Origin: Vibrio vulnificus CMCP6
GTDB lineage: Bacteria; Pseudomonadota; Gammaproteobacteria; Enterobacterales; Vibrionaceae
Length of the DNA: 32,000 bases
NCBI RefSeq assembly: GCF_000039765.1
Contig: NC_004459.3
Span: forward strand, 1,110,001 to 1,142,000
Reading direction: 5' to 3'
This document shows, one piece after another, positions 8,862 to 19,345 of the stretch; position 1 is the first letter of the stretch, and each line of letters opens with the position of its first letter. The notes beneath the pieces are model-generated. The model was not told the DNA's origin. It ran no database searches and saw nothing but the letters and a program-made list of their open reading frames with translations. The position numbers and the translations under genes were made by a program.

Positions 8862-10043
8862 TCAGTGATTTTGTACCAGCGTCAGCGCTTTACGTGACAC
8901 TTCATGCGCGGCTTTGTTGAGGTTTTGCTTCTCAAGCGCATCGGCTAGGAAAGCGTAGTCGGAAACACTCGAACGTACTTTCAGTGCCGTTTCAAAGTGC
9001 GACTGTGCTTGTGGCCATTTGCCTTCACGGAAATACAACTGCGCCAGTGCGCTGTGCGCTTCGGCGTTGTGGTTGTCGTTTTTCACATTCTGTTCGAGCA
9101 TCACAATCACAGGATGCACATCGCTAAGGTTGAGTTGTGGCAGTAGTGCGTACAGCTCTGGCGATGGTGATTTTTTCAGTGCTTCTTTGATCACGGTGAG
9201 TGCTTCGTGGTCGGCTTTACGGGCAATCAACTGTTTGGCAAAGCAGGCCACCAAATGTGGATCTTGTTTGACTTTGCGTGGCAGTGTATTCCAGTGTTTG
9301 ATTAATCCTTCACTGCCTTGCTGCCCAGCAACGTCGGCCAGTAAACCGCACTGAGCTCGTTGGTGCATCTGTTCGGCGTCCTCTGGGGAGATCAACGCTT
9401 GCTTGTTGAGTGTTGGCAAGAGGTCAATCAGAGGCTGCCATAACTTGAGCTCTAGGTAAGTGGTTTTGAGCAAGTTCAGCACAATCGGATTATTAGGGTA
9501 GCGACCTTTGAGAGACTGCAAGCTATCAAACGCCAGCGCAAATTCGCCCTCTCGTACCAACTGCTTTGATCGGGTTAGCTCTACCGCCAAGTAGGCATTT
9601 TCTTGCTCGGCAGCCAATGCTAAGTAGTGATCGCGCTTGGCTTTGTCACCTTGGCCATCCGCTGCTTCTGAGGCCACTAAGTAACAAAGCAGAGGCATGT
9701 CATGATGGTTGGCCCAGCGTGTCACTTTCTTCTCTGCGCCTTTCCAGTCGCCTTCCAACAACTTGATGATGCCTTCGTTGGTGTAACGACGAGAGCGGCG
9801 CATTTTGCGTACGCTAAACCAGTTCCACGTGGTGAAACCGGTATAGAGTACTTTTTTAACTAGGTATTCTAAGCCAAACAAACCGGCCAAAGCCGCGACA
9901 ATGAAAATCACCAAGGTGGTGACGCTCATTTCAATCGTGGTGTTGGCGATCGAGATCAGCACATAACCCTGCTGGCCAGAAAACTGGGTACCGACAAACA
10001 GCCCGGCACCAAGCACGACAAAGAGGAAGATCAAACGAATCAT
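8862..10043 (-). CDS. hemY: HemY, heme-biosynthesis-associated TPR membrane protein
   Basis: 393 aa: 'MIRLIFLFVVLGAGLFVGTQFSGQQGYVLI', second TM, 'NWFSVRKMRRSRRYTNEGIIKLLEGDWKGAEK'; overlaps the hemX stop by 4 nt. Confidence 0.93.
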   Translation of the reverse strand: MIRLIFLFVVLGAGLFVGTQFSGQQGYVLISIANTTIEMSVTTLVIFIVAALAGLFGLEYLVKKVLYTGFTTWNWFSVRKMRRSRRYTNEGIIKLLEGDWKGAEKKVTRWANHHDMPLLCYLVASEAADGQGDKAKRDHYLALAAEQENAYLAVELTRSKQLVREGEFALAFDSLQSLKGRYPNNPIVLNLLKTTYLELKLWQPLIDLLPTLNKQALISPEDAEQMHQRAQCGLLADVAGQQGSEGLIKHWNTLPRKVKQDPHLVACFAKQLIARKADHEALTVIKEALKKSPSPELYALLPQLNLSDVHPVIVMLEQNVKNDNHNAEAHSALAQLYFREGKWPQAQSHFETALKVRSSVSDYAFLADALEKQNLNKAAHEVSRKALTLVQNH

Positions 10044-11251
10044 TGCTGCGCCTCCGTGCTGGTCATGCTAGTGACTTCACGGCGTAGACGTTCACGAATT
10101 ACATCCGCCAATTGATTTTGCGTTTGCAGTTTTACAGGGTATTGCACCTGAATTTTTTGCTCGCTGAGCTGTTTCAACGACTGAGTAAACTCTTTCACCG
10201 TGTTGTTATCTTGGTTAAAGAACGCTTGCGACCACGCTTCTGCGGTGGTGAGTGAGGTGGTGTAAACCTCACCTTGTTCTTGATAGACCGCTTTGATGGC
10301 GGTTTCGATCTTCGCTTTGATGTTCTCTTTCAGATAGAAGTGCTGCTCTGGCGACAACAGTGGAATGACGTTGCCATCGCGAGTACGGAAGGTAATAAAG
10401 TTCTCTGAGAAGGCTTTGAGCGACGCCATTAAGTTGTTTTGCCAGTTGTTGATGTCGTCAGAGACTTGTTGTTTCTCGACGGTCTTCGCTTCTGGCAGAA
10501 TGGCATTTGCCAATGGCAATTGGTCGACTTGTTGTTGCAGTGCGGTCAAACGCAGTACTAAACCATCGCGGTCAATCAGTGGAATGGTTTTCAGATCGGT
10601 AATGTCTTTGGCCATCGCTTTGCGCAGAGGCACGAGGCTTGGATCGTTGAGTGCCGCGATGCGTTGGTCGGCACTTTCCATCAAGCTGGTGGCACTCACG
10701 ACGTCATGCTCAAGGAACAGTTTTCGGCCCGCCAGTTTGACGAGGTAGTCGGCTTCCGCCAATAACCAATCGTTCGGGCGACGGCCTTTTACGTCCGCCA
10801 TTGCAAGTTGCAAGCTTTCGATGCTTTTCTGCTGCTGAGCCAGCACCACTTCTGCTTTGTGAGTGACTTCGGTCGCTTTGGCGACGGTCTCTTGCTTCAC
10901 TTGGTTAAGCTCAGTGCTCATCGCGCTTTGCGTTTGTTGCAACTGATTTTGCAGCGCAGCGATTTGTGCCTGATATTGGCTGTTTTGCTGTTGAAGCTGG
11001 AACGCCACGCCGCCAGTGCCCAACAACGCAATGATGATGGCAAGGATACTGAGTTTTTGGCTCGGTTTTTTATCTTCTTTCTTTGCAGCGGCTGCTGGTG
11101 GCGGTGTTGTTGGTGTCACCGTTGGTTCATCGGCTGAAACGGACGCAGTCGATTCGGTGTTCGATGTTTCTGGCGTGGAGGCGTCAGAGGTTATTGGTTG
11201 AGAAGTTGTTTCTTCAGGCTTATTTGGCTCGTTATTTTTTTTACTTGTCAT
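10040..11251 (-). CDS. hemX: HemX (uroporphyrinogen-III C-methyltransferase-annotated family, membrane coiled-coil protein)
   Basis: 403 aa: acidic/Pro/Thr-rich cytoplasmic N-terminus, single TM 'LSILAIIIALLGTGGVAFQLQQ', coiled coil, 'NDWLLAEADYLVKLAGRKLFLEHDVVSA'. Confidence 0.93.
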   Translation of the reverse strand: MTSKKNNEPNKPEETTSQPITSDASTPETSNTESTASVSADEPTVTPTTPPPAAAAKKEDKKPSQKLSILAIIIALLGTGGVAFQLQQQNSQYQAQIAALQNQLQQTQSAMSTELNQVKQETVAKATEVTHKAEVVLAQQQKSIESLQLAMADVKGRRPNDWLLAEADYLVKLAGRKLFLEHDVVSATSLMESADQRIAALNDPSLVPLRKAMAKDITDLKTIPLIDRDGLVLRLTALQQQVDQLPLANAILPEAKTVEKQQVSDDINNWQNNLMASLKAFSENFITFRTRDGNVIPLLSPEQHFYLKENIKAKIETAIKAVYQEQGEVYTTSLTTAEAWSQAFFNQDNNTVKEFTQSLKQLSEQKIQVQYPVKLQTQNQLADVIRERLRREVTSMTSTEAQQ

Positions 11252-11265
11252 GAGTTTGTCCTGTG

Positions 11266-11997
11266 TTACTTAGGCTGGAGAGCAGCCAGTAAATCTTTGT
11301 TCGAGGCACTTCCTACATTGCAAACCTGAGTAAAGCCAAGTTGGGTCGCAATGGCAGCAATACGTTCGCTGGGAACCAGCAAGCGTTGTTGATATAACCA
11401 AAATTTACCCTCATCACTCATTTGAGCGTGGAGGTAGTCGAGTTGTTCTGCACTGGTGACAATCAGAGTGTCGACTCCCTGATCGCGCCATAAGGTGAGA
11501 GAGCTTACCGCATCAAAGGGGATCAATTCTCTCTGGTAGGTCTCACAATACCGGACGTCAGCCCCTCGTTGGCTCAATGCCTGATGTATCAGTTCTCGTC
11601 CGCCGTTACCGCGCAGAATCAATACGCGTTTTCCTGCTATCCGATTGAACACTGGGAGTTGTAGGAGGTGCTCGCTATCACTGACCGTCGGGTAGTTTAC
11701 GTCTTGGTGGGTAACTTTGCTCAAATAGTGTGCGGTTTTTTGACCAACGGCAAGGTAAAGCGCGTTTTGCGGCCAGTTTTGTTGCTGTGCTTTGAGGATG
11801 TGTTCGGCGCATTGCACCGCATGTTGACTCACTGCGATGATCACATCGCTTTGTTTCAGGTCGTTGGCGAGGGTGTTGAGTGAGCTATTCGCAACGATAT
11901 CAATAAGAGGGTGCTGGAGTGCAGGGACTCCAGCTTGTTGAAGCAGTTGGCAAAGCGCTTGGCCTTGCTCGGCTGGCCTTGTTACCAGTACCGCCAT
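11266..11997 (-). CDS. hemD: Uroporphyrinogen-III synthase
   Basis: MAVLVTRPAEQGQALCQLLQQAGVPALQHPLIDI from ATG 11997, one nucleotide after the hemC stop. The track start at 12048 would extend into hemC. Confidence 0.9.
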   Translation of the reverse strand: MAVLVTRPAEQGQALCQLLQQAGVPALQHPLIDIVANSSLNTLANDLKQSDVIIAVSQHAVQCAEHILKAQQQNWPQNALYLAVGQKTAHYLSKVTHQDVNYPTVSDSEHLLQLPVFNRIAGKRVLILRGNGGRELIHQALSQRGADVRYCETYQRELIPFDAVSSLTLWRDQGVDTLIVTSAEQLDYLHAQMSDEGKFWLYQQRLLVPSERIAAIATQLGFTQVCNVGSASNKDLLAALQPK

Positions 11998-11998
11998 G

Positions 11999-12937
11999 TT
12001 ATTCGTGGTCTTGGTACAACTTGGTGAGGATCTCTCTGGCACCCTCATCCAGCAGTTGATTGGCCAATTGCACGCCTAATTGTTCCGCCTGCGCGCGAGG
12101 GCCACGAATTTCACCACGGACGATTTCGCTGCCATCTGGCTCGCCCACCAACGCACGGAGCCAGATCTCATCGCCCTCAAGCAGCGCATAGCTACCGATT
12201 GGCACTTGGCAGCCGCCTTCTAAGGTGAGGTTCATGGCGCGTTCGCATTTGACGCGATCGGCCGTATCGGCGTGGTTCAACGGTTCGAGAAGTTTGAGAA
12301 TACGCTCATCGTTAGTACGACATTCAATGCCCACGGCACCTTGGCCGACGGCTGGGAGCGATTGTTCTGGCTCAATAAAGCTGCGGATGCGCTCTTCCAG
12401 CTCAAGACGTTTCAAGCCAGCGGCCGCGAGAATGATCGCGTCGTATTCACCTGCATCGAGTTTGCTTAAACGAGTGCCGACGTTGCCGCGCAGTTCTTTG
12501 ATCACCAAATCTGGGCGATAGGCTTTCAATTGACATTGACGACGCAAGCTACAAGTGCCGACAACCGCGCCTTGAGGCAGTTCATCAACATGATGGTAGG
12601 TGTTTGAGACAAAGGCATCGCGAGGATCTTCACGCTCACAAATCGTCACCAAACCTAAACCTTCTGGGAAATCCACTGGCACGTCTTTCATCGAGTGAAC
12701 GGCGAGGTCTGCACGCCCTTCCAGCATTGCCACTTCGAGCTCTTTGACAAAAAGGCCTTTGCCACCCACTTTGGCAAGAGGGGTATCAAGAATCACGTCA
12801 CCTTTGGTCACCATGGTCACCAGCTCGACTTCCAAGCCCGGATGGGCTTTTTGTAGCGCGTCTTTTACGTAGTAGGCTTGCCATAGAGCGAGGGGGCTTT
12901 TGCGTGTTGCGATTCGGATTGGCGTTGAGTGTGTCAT
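11999..12937 (-). CDS. hemC: Hydroxymethylbilane synthase (porphobilinogen deaminase)
   Basis: 312 aa: '[23 protein letters not shown]', '[17 protein letters not shown]', '[15 protein letters not shown]'-like active region. Confidence 0.97.
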   Translation of the reverse strand: MTHSTPIRIATRKSPLALWQAYYVKDALQKAHPGLEVELVTMVTKGDVILDTPLAKVGGKGLFVKELEVAMLEGRADLAVHSMKDVPVDFPEGLGLVTICEREDPRDAFVSNTYHHVDELPQGAVVGTCSLRRQCQLKAYRPDLVIKELRGNVGTRLSKLDAGEYDAIILAAAGLKRLELEERIRSFIEPEQSLPAVGQGAVGIECRTNDERILKLLEPLNHADTADRVKCERAMNLTLEGGCQVPIGSYALLEGDEIWLRALVGEPDGSEIVRGEIRGPRAQAEQLGVQLANQLLDEGAREILTKLYQDHE

Positions 12938-13061
12938 TGTCTTCCCAATATCTTGAACGTTCTGATTTGGGCTAATCCTACCACTCTCACTGCTAAAGTC
13001 TTACTGTTAGTTGGTGGAACTGATGCTAGGGTTAACGAAATGGTACGTGAGACTGAAATAG

Positions 13062-13077
13062 TGTGATTGGATTCTCA
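13062..13077. promoter_or_regulatory. Candidate CRP (cAMP receptor protein) binding site upstream of cyaA
   Basis: TGTGA-TTGGAT-TCTCA against consensus TGTGA-N6-TCACA (9/10 in the half-sites). Confidence 0.5.
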
Positions 13078-13078
13078 T

Positions 13079-13107
13079 TTGGCGGATGGACTATTATTAG
13101 TTATAAA
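13079..13107 (+). promoter_or_regulatory. Candidate sigma70 promoter for cyaA
   Basis: TTGGCG (13079-13084), 17-nt spacer, TATAAA (13102-13107), immediately downstream of the candidate CRP site. Confidence 0.4.
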
Positions 13108-13300
13108 GATTACAAGCGACACTTAGCCGCCGAGTTTGAGGCCGTGTTCTGCCTACCACCAATGCGATTTGTTGTGGTGAAGAATGCAGCGCATTTGTCT
13201 TTACCAATACGGATGGAAGTGTTAAATTGATCACGTTTTTTAGCCAGGATGGCTCAAAACTTATGCAGACGTGTCTCAATATTGAAACCAAGGATATCCC

Positions 13301-15835
13301 TTGCAGGCTTATACCGAAAAATTAATCCAGCGATTAGATACCCTCAACCGGCAACGCATCGAGCGTGCGCTGGCGCTTATGGATTTGCAAAGTCAGCAAG
13401 TATTTCACCTCATCCCGGTTTTACTGCACTTTAATCACCCCGCTATTCCCGGCTATTTTGACGCTGATGTTCCCTTTGGGGTGCATGGGCTTAAGCTCAA
13501 CGATATTCAACAGCAGTTTGTTGATGACACGGAGTTAACCCTAGGTCAGTCCTTACCTCGCGCGCCGCATGCGCAAATTCTTGGTCTCTATACCATGGGC
13601 AGTACCTCGTCCATTGGCCAAAGCACCTCCAGTGATCTCGATATTTGGGTCTGCATTCCTACACAAATGGGCCATGACGAAAGAGAGAGCCTCGCCAATA
13701 AATGCTTACTGATCACCGATTGGGCGCAGATGCATGGCGTAGAAGCCAACTTTTTCTTGATGGATGAAGATCGTTTCCGCAGCAACCGCTCGGAAGAGAT
13801 GACGGGTGACAACTGTGGTTCGTCACAGCATATGTTGCTGTTGGATGAGTTTTATCGTTCAGCGGTACGTCTTGCTGGGCAGCGTTTGTTGTGGCAAATC
13901 GTGCCGCCTGAGATGGAAGAGTGCTACGAACAATACGTGGCAGAGCTGTGCAATGGTGGCCACATCAATTGCAATGAGTGGATCGATTTTGGTCAACTGA
14001 GCCGCATTCCTGCTGAAGAGTACTTTGGTTCGAACTTGTGGCAGCTCTACAAAAGTATCGACTCGCCATACAAGTCGGTCTTGAAGGCAATTTTGCTTGA
14101 AGCGTATTCGTGGGAATACCCACACACGCAACTGCTGAGTATCGACAGTAAGCGTCGTTTCTTTGCTCATGAGCCAGATCTCTATGGGATGGATGCGTAC
14201 TATCTGATGCTGGAGAAAGTCACTCGCTATCTCGAACGCATTAATGACCACACACGTTTGGATCTGGTGCGTCGCTGCTTCTACCTCAAAACCCATGAAA
14301 AACTCTCGCGTGAACCGGGTGTCGGTTCCGTGGCGTGGCGCCGTGAAGCGTTGCACGAGTTGACCAGCCAATGGCAATGGTCGCAGGAAGTGATTGTCGA
14401 GTTAGACAACCGACGTAACTGGAAAGTGGAACAGGTCAAAGTGGTGCATCATGCCTTGCTTGATGCCTTGATGCAGAGTTACCGTAACTTGATTCAGTTT
14501 GCGCGTCGCAACGATATTACCTCGGCGATTAGTCCTCAGGACATCAGTATTCTTGCGCGTAAGCTCTATGCGGCGTTTGAAGTGTTGCCGGGTAAGGTGA
14601 CGCTGCTCAACCCACAAATTTCTCCAGATTTGCACGAACCCGATTTGAGTTTTATTGAAGTGCGCGAAGGGCGCATCAATAAGTCCGGCTGGTATCTGTA
14701 TAAGCAACCGCTGATTGCGCACCGTATTTTAGGTCAACCTTACCTTGAGCATCATGAATACTTAAGTAAGTTGGTGGCGTGGGCCTTCTTCAACGGTTTG
14801 ATCACTGAGTCCACCCGTTTGCACGCGGTGGTGCGAGAAGCACAGCTCGACATCGATAAGTTCTATCAGATGGTGAGTGATTTACGTAATACCTTCTCGC
14901 TGCGTAAACGCCGTCCGACCATGCAAGCGTTAGCCAGCCCATGTGAAATCAGCCAATTGGCGATGTTCATCAACTTTGAAAACGATCCAACCGCAGAGCT
15001 GTCTGGACGCTCACTAAAAGTCGATCTCAAGAACGCTGACATTTTCAGTTTTGGTACGGAACAGAAATGTTTGATTGGCAGTGTTGACCTGGTTTATCGC
15101 AATTCTTGGCATGAAGTGCGGACTCTGCATTTCCGTGGCGAAACCGCGATGTTGGATGCACTGAAAACCGTGTTGGGCAAAATGCACCAAGACGCGATTC
15201 CGCCAGAGTCGGTGGATGTGTTCTGCTACAGCAAAAACTTACGCGGTGTGATGCGCAATATGGTGTATCAACTGTTAGCTGAGTGCATTGATTTGCGCCT
15301 TAAGCCGGTGGAGCAAGAAAAGCGTCGCCGTTTTAAAGCGATTCGCTTGGCGGCCCAAACCTTCGGTTTGTTCTTTGAACGTCGCGGCGTGTCGGTGCAG
15401 AAGTTAGAAAACTCGGTCGATTTTTACCGCAGCATCTCCACCAATAAACTCAAGGGCTCACCTCTGTTGATGCTGGATCGTGAAGACGACTATCATCTGC
15501 CGCCCGTGGTGGATGGTTTTGCCAGCGAAGGCTTGATTCAGTTTTTCTTTGAAGACACGGAGAAAGGCTTCAACATTTATGTGTTGGACGAAGCCAACCA
15601 AGTGGAAGTGTATCACCAGTTTAGCGGCTCTAAAGATGAGATGATCGCCAGCGTGAACAGCTTCTACACCGCGGTGAAAGACGACAAGCATGTTGCCTCG
15701 AAATGCATTAACTTCAACTTGCCTCAGTATTACCAAATCATTCATCCGCAAGAGGAAGGGCAGGAGTCGTACATTATTCCTTATCGTAACGATGCCTGTA
15801 CTCAAACGAAGATGTCCAAAGCGGTCAACGTATAG
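13301..15835 (+). CDS. cyaA: Class I adenylate cyclase
   Basis: 844 aa: MQAYTEKLIQRLDTLNRQRIERALALMDLQSQQVFHLIPVLLHFNHPAIPGYFD; 'GSTSSIGQSTSSDLDIWVC' nucleotidyltransferase core; TTG start codon, as in enterobacterial cyaA. Confidence 0.96.
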   Translation: MQAYTEKLIQRLDTLNRQRIERALALMDLQSQQVFHLIPVLLHFNHPAIPGYFDADVPFGVHGLKLNDIQQQFVDDTELTLGQSLPRAPHAQILGLYTMGSTSSIGQSTSSDLDIWVCIPTQMGHDERESLANKCLLITDWAQMHGVEANFFLMDEDRFRSNRSEEMTGDNCGSSQHMLLLDEFYRSAVRLAGQRLLWQIVPPEMEECYEQYVAELCNGGHINCNEWIDFGQLSRIPAEEYFGSNLWQLYKSIDSPYKSVLKAILLEAYSWEYPHTQLLSIDSKRRFFAHEPDLYGMDAYYLMLEKVTRYLERINDHTRLDLVRRCFYLKTHEKLSREPGVGSVAWRREALHELTSQWQWSQEVIVELDNRRNWKVEQVKVVHHALLDALMQSYRNLIQFARRNDITSAISPQDISILARKLYAAFEVLPGKVTLLNPQISPDLHEPDLSFIEVREGRINKSGWYLYKQPLIAHRILGQPYLEHHEYLSKLVAWAFFNGLITESTRLHAVVREAQLDIDKFYQMVSDLRNTFSLRKRRPTMQALASPCEISQLAMFINFENDPTAELSGRSLKVDLKNADIFSFGTEQKCLIGSVDLVYRNSWHEVRTLHFRGETAMLDALKTVLGKMHQDAIPPESVDVFCYSKNLRGVMRNMVYQLLAECIDLRLKPVEQEKRRRFKAIRLAAQTFGLFFERRGVSVQKLENSVDFYRSISTNKLKGSPLLMLDREDDYHLPPVVDGFASEGLIQFFFEDTEKGFNIYVLDEANQVEVYHQFSGSKDEMIASVNSFYTAVKDDKHVASKCINFNLPQYYQIIHPQEEGQESYIIPYRNDACTQTKMSKAVNV

Positions 15836-15886
15836 TTACCTAGCCGCTTAATGGCTTAACGATAGCTACGCGTTTTAGTCTACTCG

Positions 15887-15922
15887 AAACACAAAGAGCA
15901 CCGAAAGGTGCTCTTTGTGTTT
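15887..15922. terminator. Bidirectional terminator between convergent cyaA and cyaY
   Basis: AAACACAAAGAGCACC-GAAA-GGTGCTCTTTGTGTTT, perfect 16-bp stem with a GAAA tetraloop. Confidence 0.9.
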
Positions 15923-15951
15923 GTGCGTTGCTGGTGTGAGACGACGTTGGT

Positions 15952-16266
15952 TTAAGCCCAATCGATCGATTCACCCGCGTGCTTTTCACACTCTTGTTTG
16001 ACCATGTGTGCAAACTCAACGCCAGTCTTGGAGCAAATCCACTGACCCGCTTTGTATTGGAAGTGGAAACCGCCGGATTTCGAGGCTAACCAAATTTCTT
16101 GCATCGGCTCTTGGCGATTGATGATGATTTGGCTGCGGTCATCAAATTCTAACGTCATCACGTTGCCCGTGGTTTCGTAATCGATGTCTGCGCCTGATTC
16201 ATCAATCGCTTCTTCAATGAGTTGTAGCTCGTTATCCACTAGTTGATGAAATTCAGTATTGTTCAT
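15952..16266 (-). CDS. cyaY: Iron donor protein CyaY (bacterial frataxin)
   Basis: 104 aa: 'MNNTEFHQLVDNELQLIEEAIDE...DIDYETTGNVMTLEFDDRSQIIINRQEPMQEIWLASKSGGFHF'. Confidence 0.95.
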   Translation of the reverse strand: MNNTEFHQLVDNELQLIEEAIDESGADIDYETTGNVMTLEFDDRSQIIINRQEPMQEIWLASKSGGFHFQYKAGQWICSKTGVEFAHMVKQECEKHAGESIDWA

Positions 16267-16341
16267 CCTATCTATCCTATTGCTTTTCCTGAGTGTGGTG
16301 CGATTATAGGGGGCATTGAATCAATAATCACGATATGCAAA

Positions 16342-16458
16342 ATGAAAAAAATACTTACTGTGCTGTTAACCTTGTCGGTAGCGCTATTGGCCGGATGTGG
16401 TCAATCGGGCGCTTTGTACATTCCAGATGACGCTCAACAATCTGAGCAATCACAGTAG
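16342..16458 (+). CDS. lptM: Small lipoprotein LptM (YifL family, LPS translocon maturation chaperone)
   Basis: 38 aa from ATG 16342: MKKILTVLLTLSVALLAGCGQSGALYIPDD, lipobox LLAGC followed by the family motif GQxGxLYxP, directly upstream of lysA/dapF. The ORF track start at 16243 is spurious. Confidence 0.88.
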   Translation: MKKILTVLLTLSVALLAGCGQSGALYIPDDAQQSEQSQ

Positions 16459-16506
16459 GCATCGCAACTGATTTAGCAGTCGACCATATTATAAGGGAAG
16501 TGAATT

Positions 16507-17760
16507 TTGGATTATTTCAATTATCAGGACGATGGTCAGCTCTGGGCGGAAGAGGTTTCCTTAACCAGTCTGGCTGAGCAGTACGGCACACCTCTGTATG
16601 TTTATTCGCGTGCGACGCTAGAGCGTCACTGGCATGCGTTTGACCGCTCGGTAGAAGGGCATCCTCACCTGGTTTGTTATGCGGTGAAAGCCAACTCGAA
16701 CCTGGGGGTACTGAACACCTTGGCGCGATTAGGCTCTGGTTTTGACATCGTATCCGGTGGTGAATTGGAGCGGGTGTTGGCCGCTGGCGGCGACCCACGT
16801 AAAGTGGTGTTCTCTGGTGTGGGCAAAACCGAAGCGGAAATGCGCCGTGCGCTTGAACTCAACATCAAGTGTTTTAACGTCGAATCGGAACCTGAACTTG
16901 AGCGTTTGAACCGCGTTGCGGGAGAGTTGGGTGTGAAAGCGCCAATCTCACTGCGCATTAACCCGGATGTGGATGCTCAAACCCACCCTTATATTTCAAC
17001 GGGTCTGCGCGACAATAAATTTGGTATCGCCTTTGACCGCGCGCCAGCGGTATACCAATTTGCCCAGAGCCTAGCAAACCTTAACGTCCAAGGTATCGAC
17101 TGCCATATCGGCTCGCAGCTTACCGCAATTGAACCGTTTATCGATGCGACCGATCGCTTGCTTGCTTTGATTGATGATTTGAAAGAGCAAGGCATCAACA
17201 TTCGCCACCTTGATGTGGGTGGTGGTCTTGGCGTGGTGTATCGTAACGAATTGCCTCCGCAGCCATCTGAATACGCCAAAGCGCTATTGGGCCGTTTAGA
17301 AAATCACCAAGATTTGGAACTGATTTTTGAACCAGGACGCGCGATCGCTGCGAACGCGGGCGTATTGCTGACCAAAGTAGAATTCCTCAAGCACACAGAA
17401 CACAAAAATTTCGCCATCATTGATGCAGCGATGAACGATTTGATGCGCCCTGCGCTGTACCAAGCGTGGCAAGACATTGTGCCCGTTCAGCCTCGCCAAG
17501 GCGAAGCGGTGACTTATGATCTCGTGGGGCCAATTTGTGAAACGGGAGACTTCCTCGGTAAAGACCGTTCACTGGTGTTGGCAGAGAACGATTTGCTAGC
17601 GGTTCGCAGTGCGGGCGCTTATGGCTTTGTCATGTCGTCCAACTACAACACTCGTGTGCGTGCGGCGGAAGTGATGGTGGATGGCAAACAGCATTATCTG
17701 GTACGCCAGCGCGAAGAATTGCGTAGCTTGTGGGAACTAGAACACATTCTTCCGGAGTAA
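16507..17760 (+). CDS. lysA: Diaminopimelate decarboxylase
   Basis: 417 aa PLP-dependent: '[37 protein letters not shown]', 'HIGSQLT', '[14 protein letters not shown]'. Confidence 0.97.
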
Positions 17761-17770
17761 CGAGCTTTTT

Positions 17771-18601
17771 ATGCATTTCCATTTTTCTAAAATGCACGGT
17801 TTGGGTAACGACTTTATGGTGGTCGACTGCATTACTCAAAACGTTTACTTCTCTCAAGAGCTGATCCGCCGTTTGGCGGATCGCCATACTGGCGTTGGCT
17901 TTGACCAATTGCTGGTGGTGGAAGCACCTTACGATCCTGAGACGGATTTCCACTATCGTATTTTCAATGCCGATGGCAGTGAAGTGGAACAGTGTGGCAA
18001 TGGCGCGCGCTGTTTCGCTCGTTTTGTTCGGATGAAAGGGCTGACCAATAAATACAGCATCAGTGTCAGCACCAAGAAAGGCAAAATGATTCTTGATGTG
18101 GAAGAGGACGATCAAATTACCGTCAACATGGGTGTGCCGGAGTTTGAACCGAACAAAATCCCTTTTCGCGCCAAGCAAAAAGAGAAAACCTACATCATGC
18201 GTGTTGGCGAAAAAACGCTGTTTTGTGGTGCGGTGAGCATGGGCAACCCACATGTTGTGACTGTGGTGGATGACGTCGATAGCGCAGAAGTGGAGACGTT
18301 AGGACCATTGCTTGAATCGCATGAGCGTTTCCCAGAGCGCGTCAATGCCGGATTTATGCAAGTGGTCAACCGTGAACAGATCCGTCTGCGCGTGTATGAG
18401 CGTGGTGCGGGTGAAACGCAGGCTTGTGGCAGCGGTGCGTGTGGCGCGGTGGCGGTCGGCATCTTACAAGGCTTGTTGGATGAAAATGTCACCGTGAGTT
18501 TGCCCGGTGGCGATTTGCACATTCATTGGCAAGGTCCGGGTAAGCCACTTTACATGACTGGCCCTGCCACTCATGTGTTTGATGGCCAGCTCTCTTGTTA
18601 A
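17771..18601 (+). CDS. dapF: Diaminopimelate epimerase
   Basis: 276 aa: '[15 protein letters not shown]', '[10 protein letters not shown]', '[13 protein letters not shown]' with paired catalytic Cys motifs. Confidence 0.97.
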
Positions 18602-18643
18602 GCGCTATCCGCTCGTTGAGTTTGTATCGTTAGAGGAAACGTT

Positions 18644-19345
18644 TTGTCTTACCCTGAAGCCGATGCTCTGACCGCCGAAGTGGTGGCGGAGTATCTTCAA
18701 GATCATGCCGATTTTTTTGTTCATCGTCCGGAGTTGGTCGACCGCTTGAACTTTCCGCACCCGGAGCAAGGTACCGTCTCCTTGGTGCATATTCAGCTGA
18801 ATCGTCAGCGTCAGCGTATCGAAGCGTTGGAAGAAGAGATCACGACCTTGATGTCTTTGGCAGCGAACAACGATCGCACCTTTTATGAGTTCATGGACCT
18901 GCAAGAGCAGATCCTGCGTTGCCGCGATTTTCAACAAGTAGTCAAAGCGATTGAGCAAAAAGCGCATGAGCTTGGTCTGGTGGCCTATGTGCGTTTGCTG
19001 AACCAATGTGAAGCAAAGCATCAACTGAGCATGGAAAACTATCAGCGTTTTGCCACCAACCATCTCAATGGCAAATCGGCGTATTTGGGCCGTCTGCGCA
19101 ACGCTGATCGCGAAGCGCTGTTTGGTGATTTACCTGTGCCAGAAATGGGCTCTTACGTGGTCTTGCCGCTGGTGAAGCAACATCCCCTTGGTTTGCTGGC
19201 GTTTTCCAGTGCCGACGGTGGTCATTTCCAACCGGAGATGGATACCTTGTTCTTACGTCATCTCTCATTAGTGGTGGCCCATTTAGCTCAAACCCTTGCC
19301 TGGCAATTGCAGCATGACGACAGCGTCAAACACACCACTGCCTAG
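18644..19345 (+). CDS. DUF484 family protein
   Basis: 233 aa: 'VAEYLQDHADFFVHRPELVDRLNFPHPEQGTVSLVHIQLNRQRQRIEALEEEI', conserved position between dapF and xerC. Confidence 0.88.
   Translation: MSYPEADALTAEVVAEYLQDHADFFVHRPELVDRLNFPHPEQGTVSLVHIQLNRQRQRIEALEEEITTLMSLAANNDRTFYEFMDLQEQILRCRDFQQVVKAIEQKAHELGLVAYVRLLNQCEAKHQLSMENYQRFATNHLNGKSAYLGRLRNADREALFGDLPVPEMGSYVVLPLVKQHPLGLLAFSSADGGHFQPEMDTLFLRHLSLVVAHLAQTLAWQLQHDDSVKHTTA

Noticed and set aside
10365-10748. Plus-strand 127-aa ORF opposite hemX, and similar ORFs opposite hemY
   Set aside because: Antisense to the coherent hemCDXY operon; no family signature.
13859-14377. 172-aa minus-strand ORF inside cyaA
   Set aside because: Antisense shadow of the conserved adenylate cyclase gene with no recognisable motif.
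17630-18253. 207-aa minus-strand ORF opposite lysA end/dapF
   Set aside because: Lies entirely antisense to well-supported lysA and dapF; composition (CRTIR..., His/Arg rich) fits a shadow frame of GC-rich coding DNA and shows no recognisable domain.
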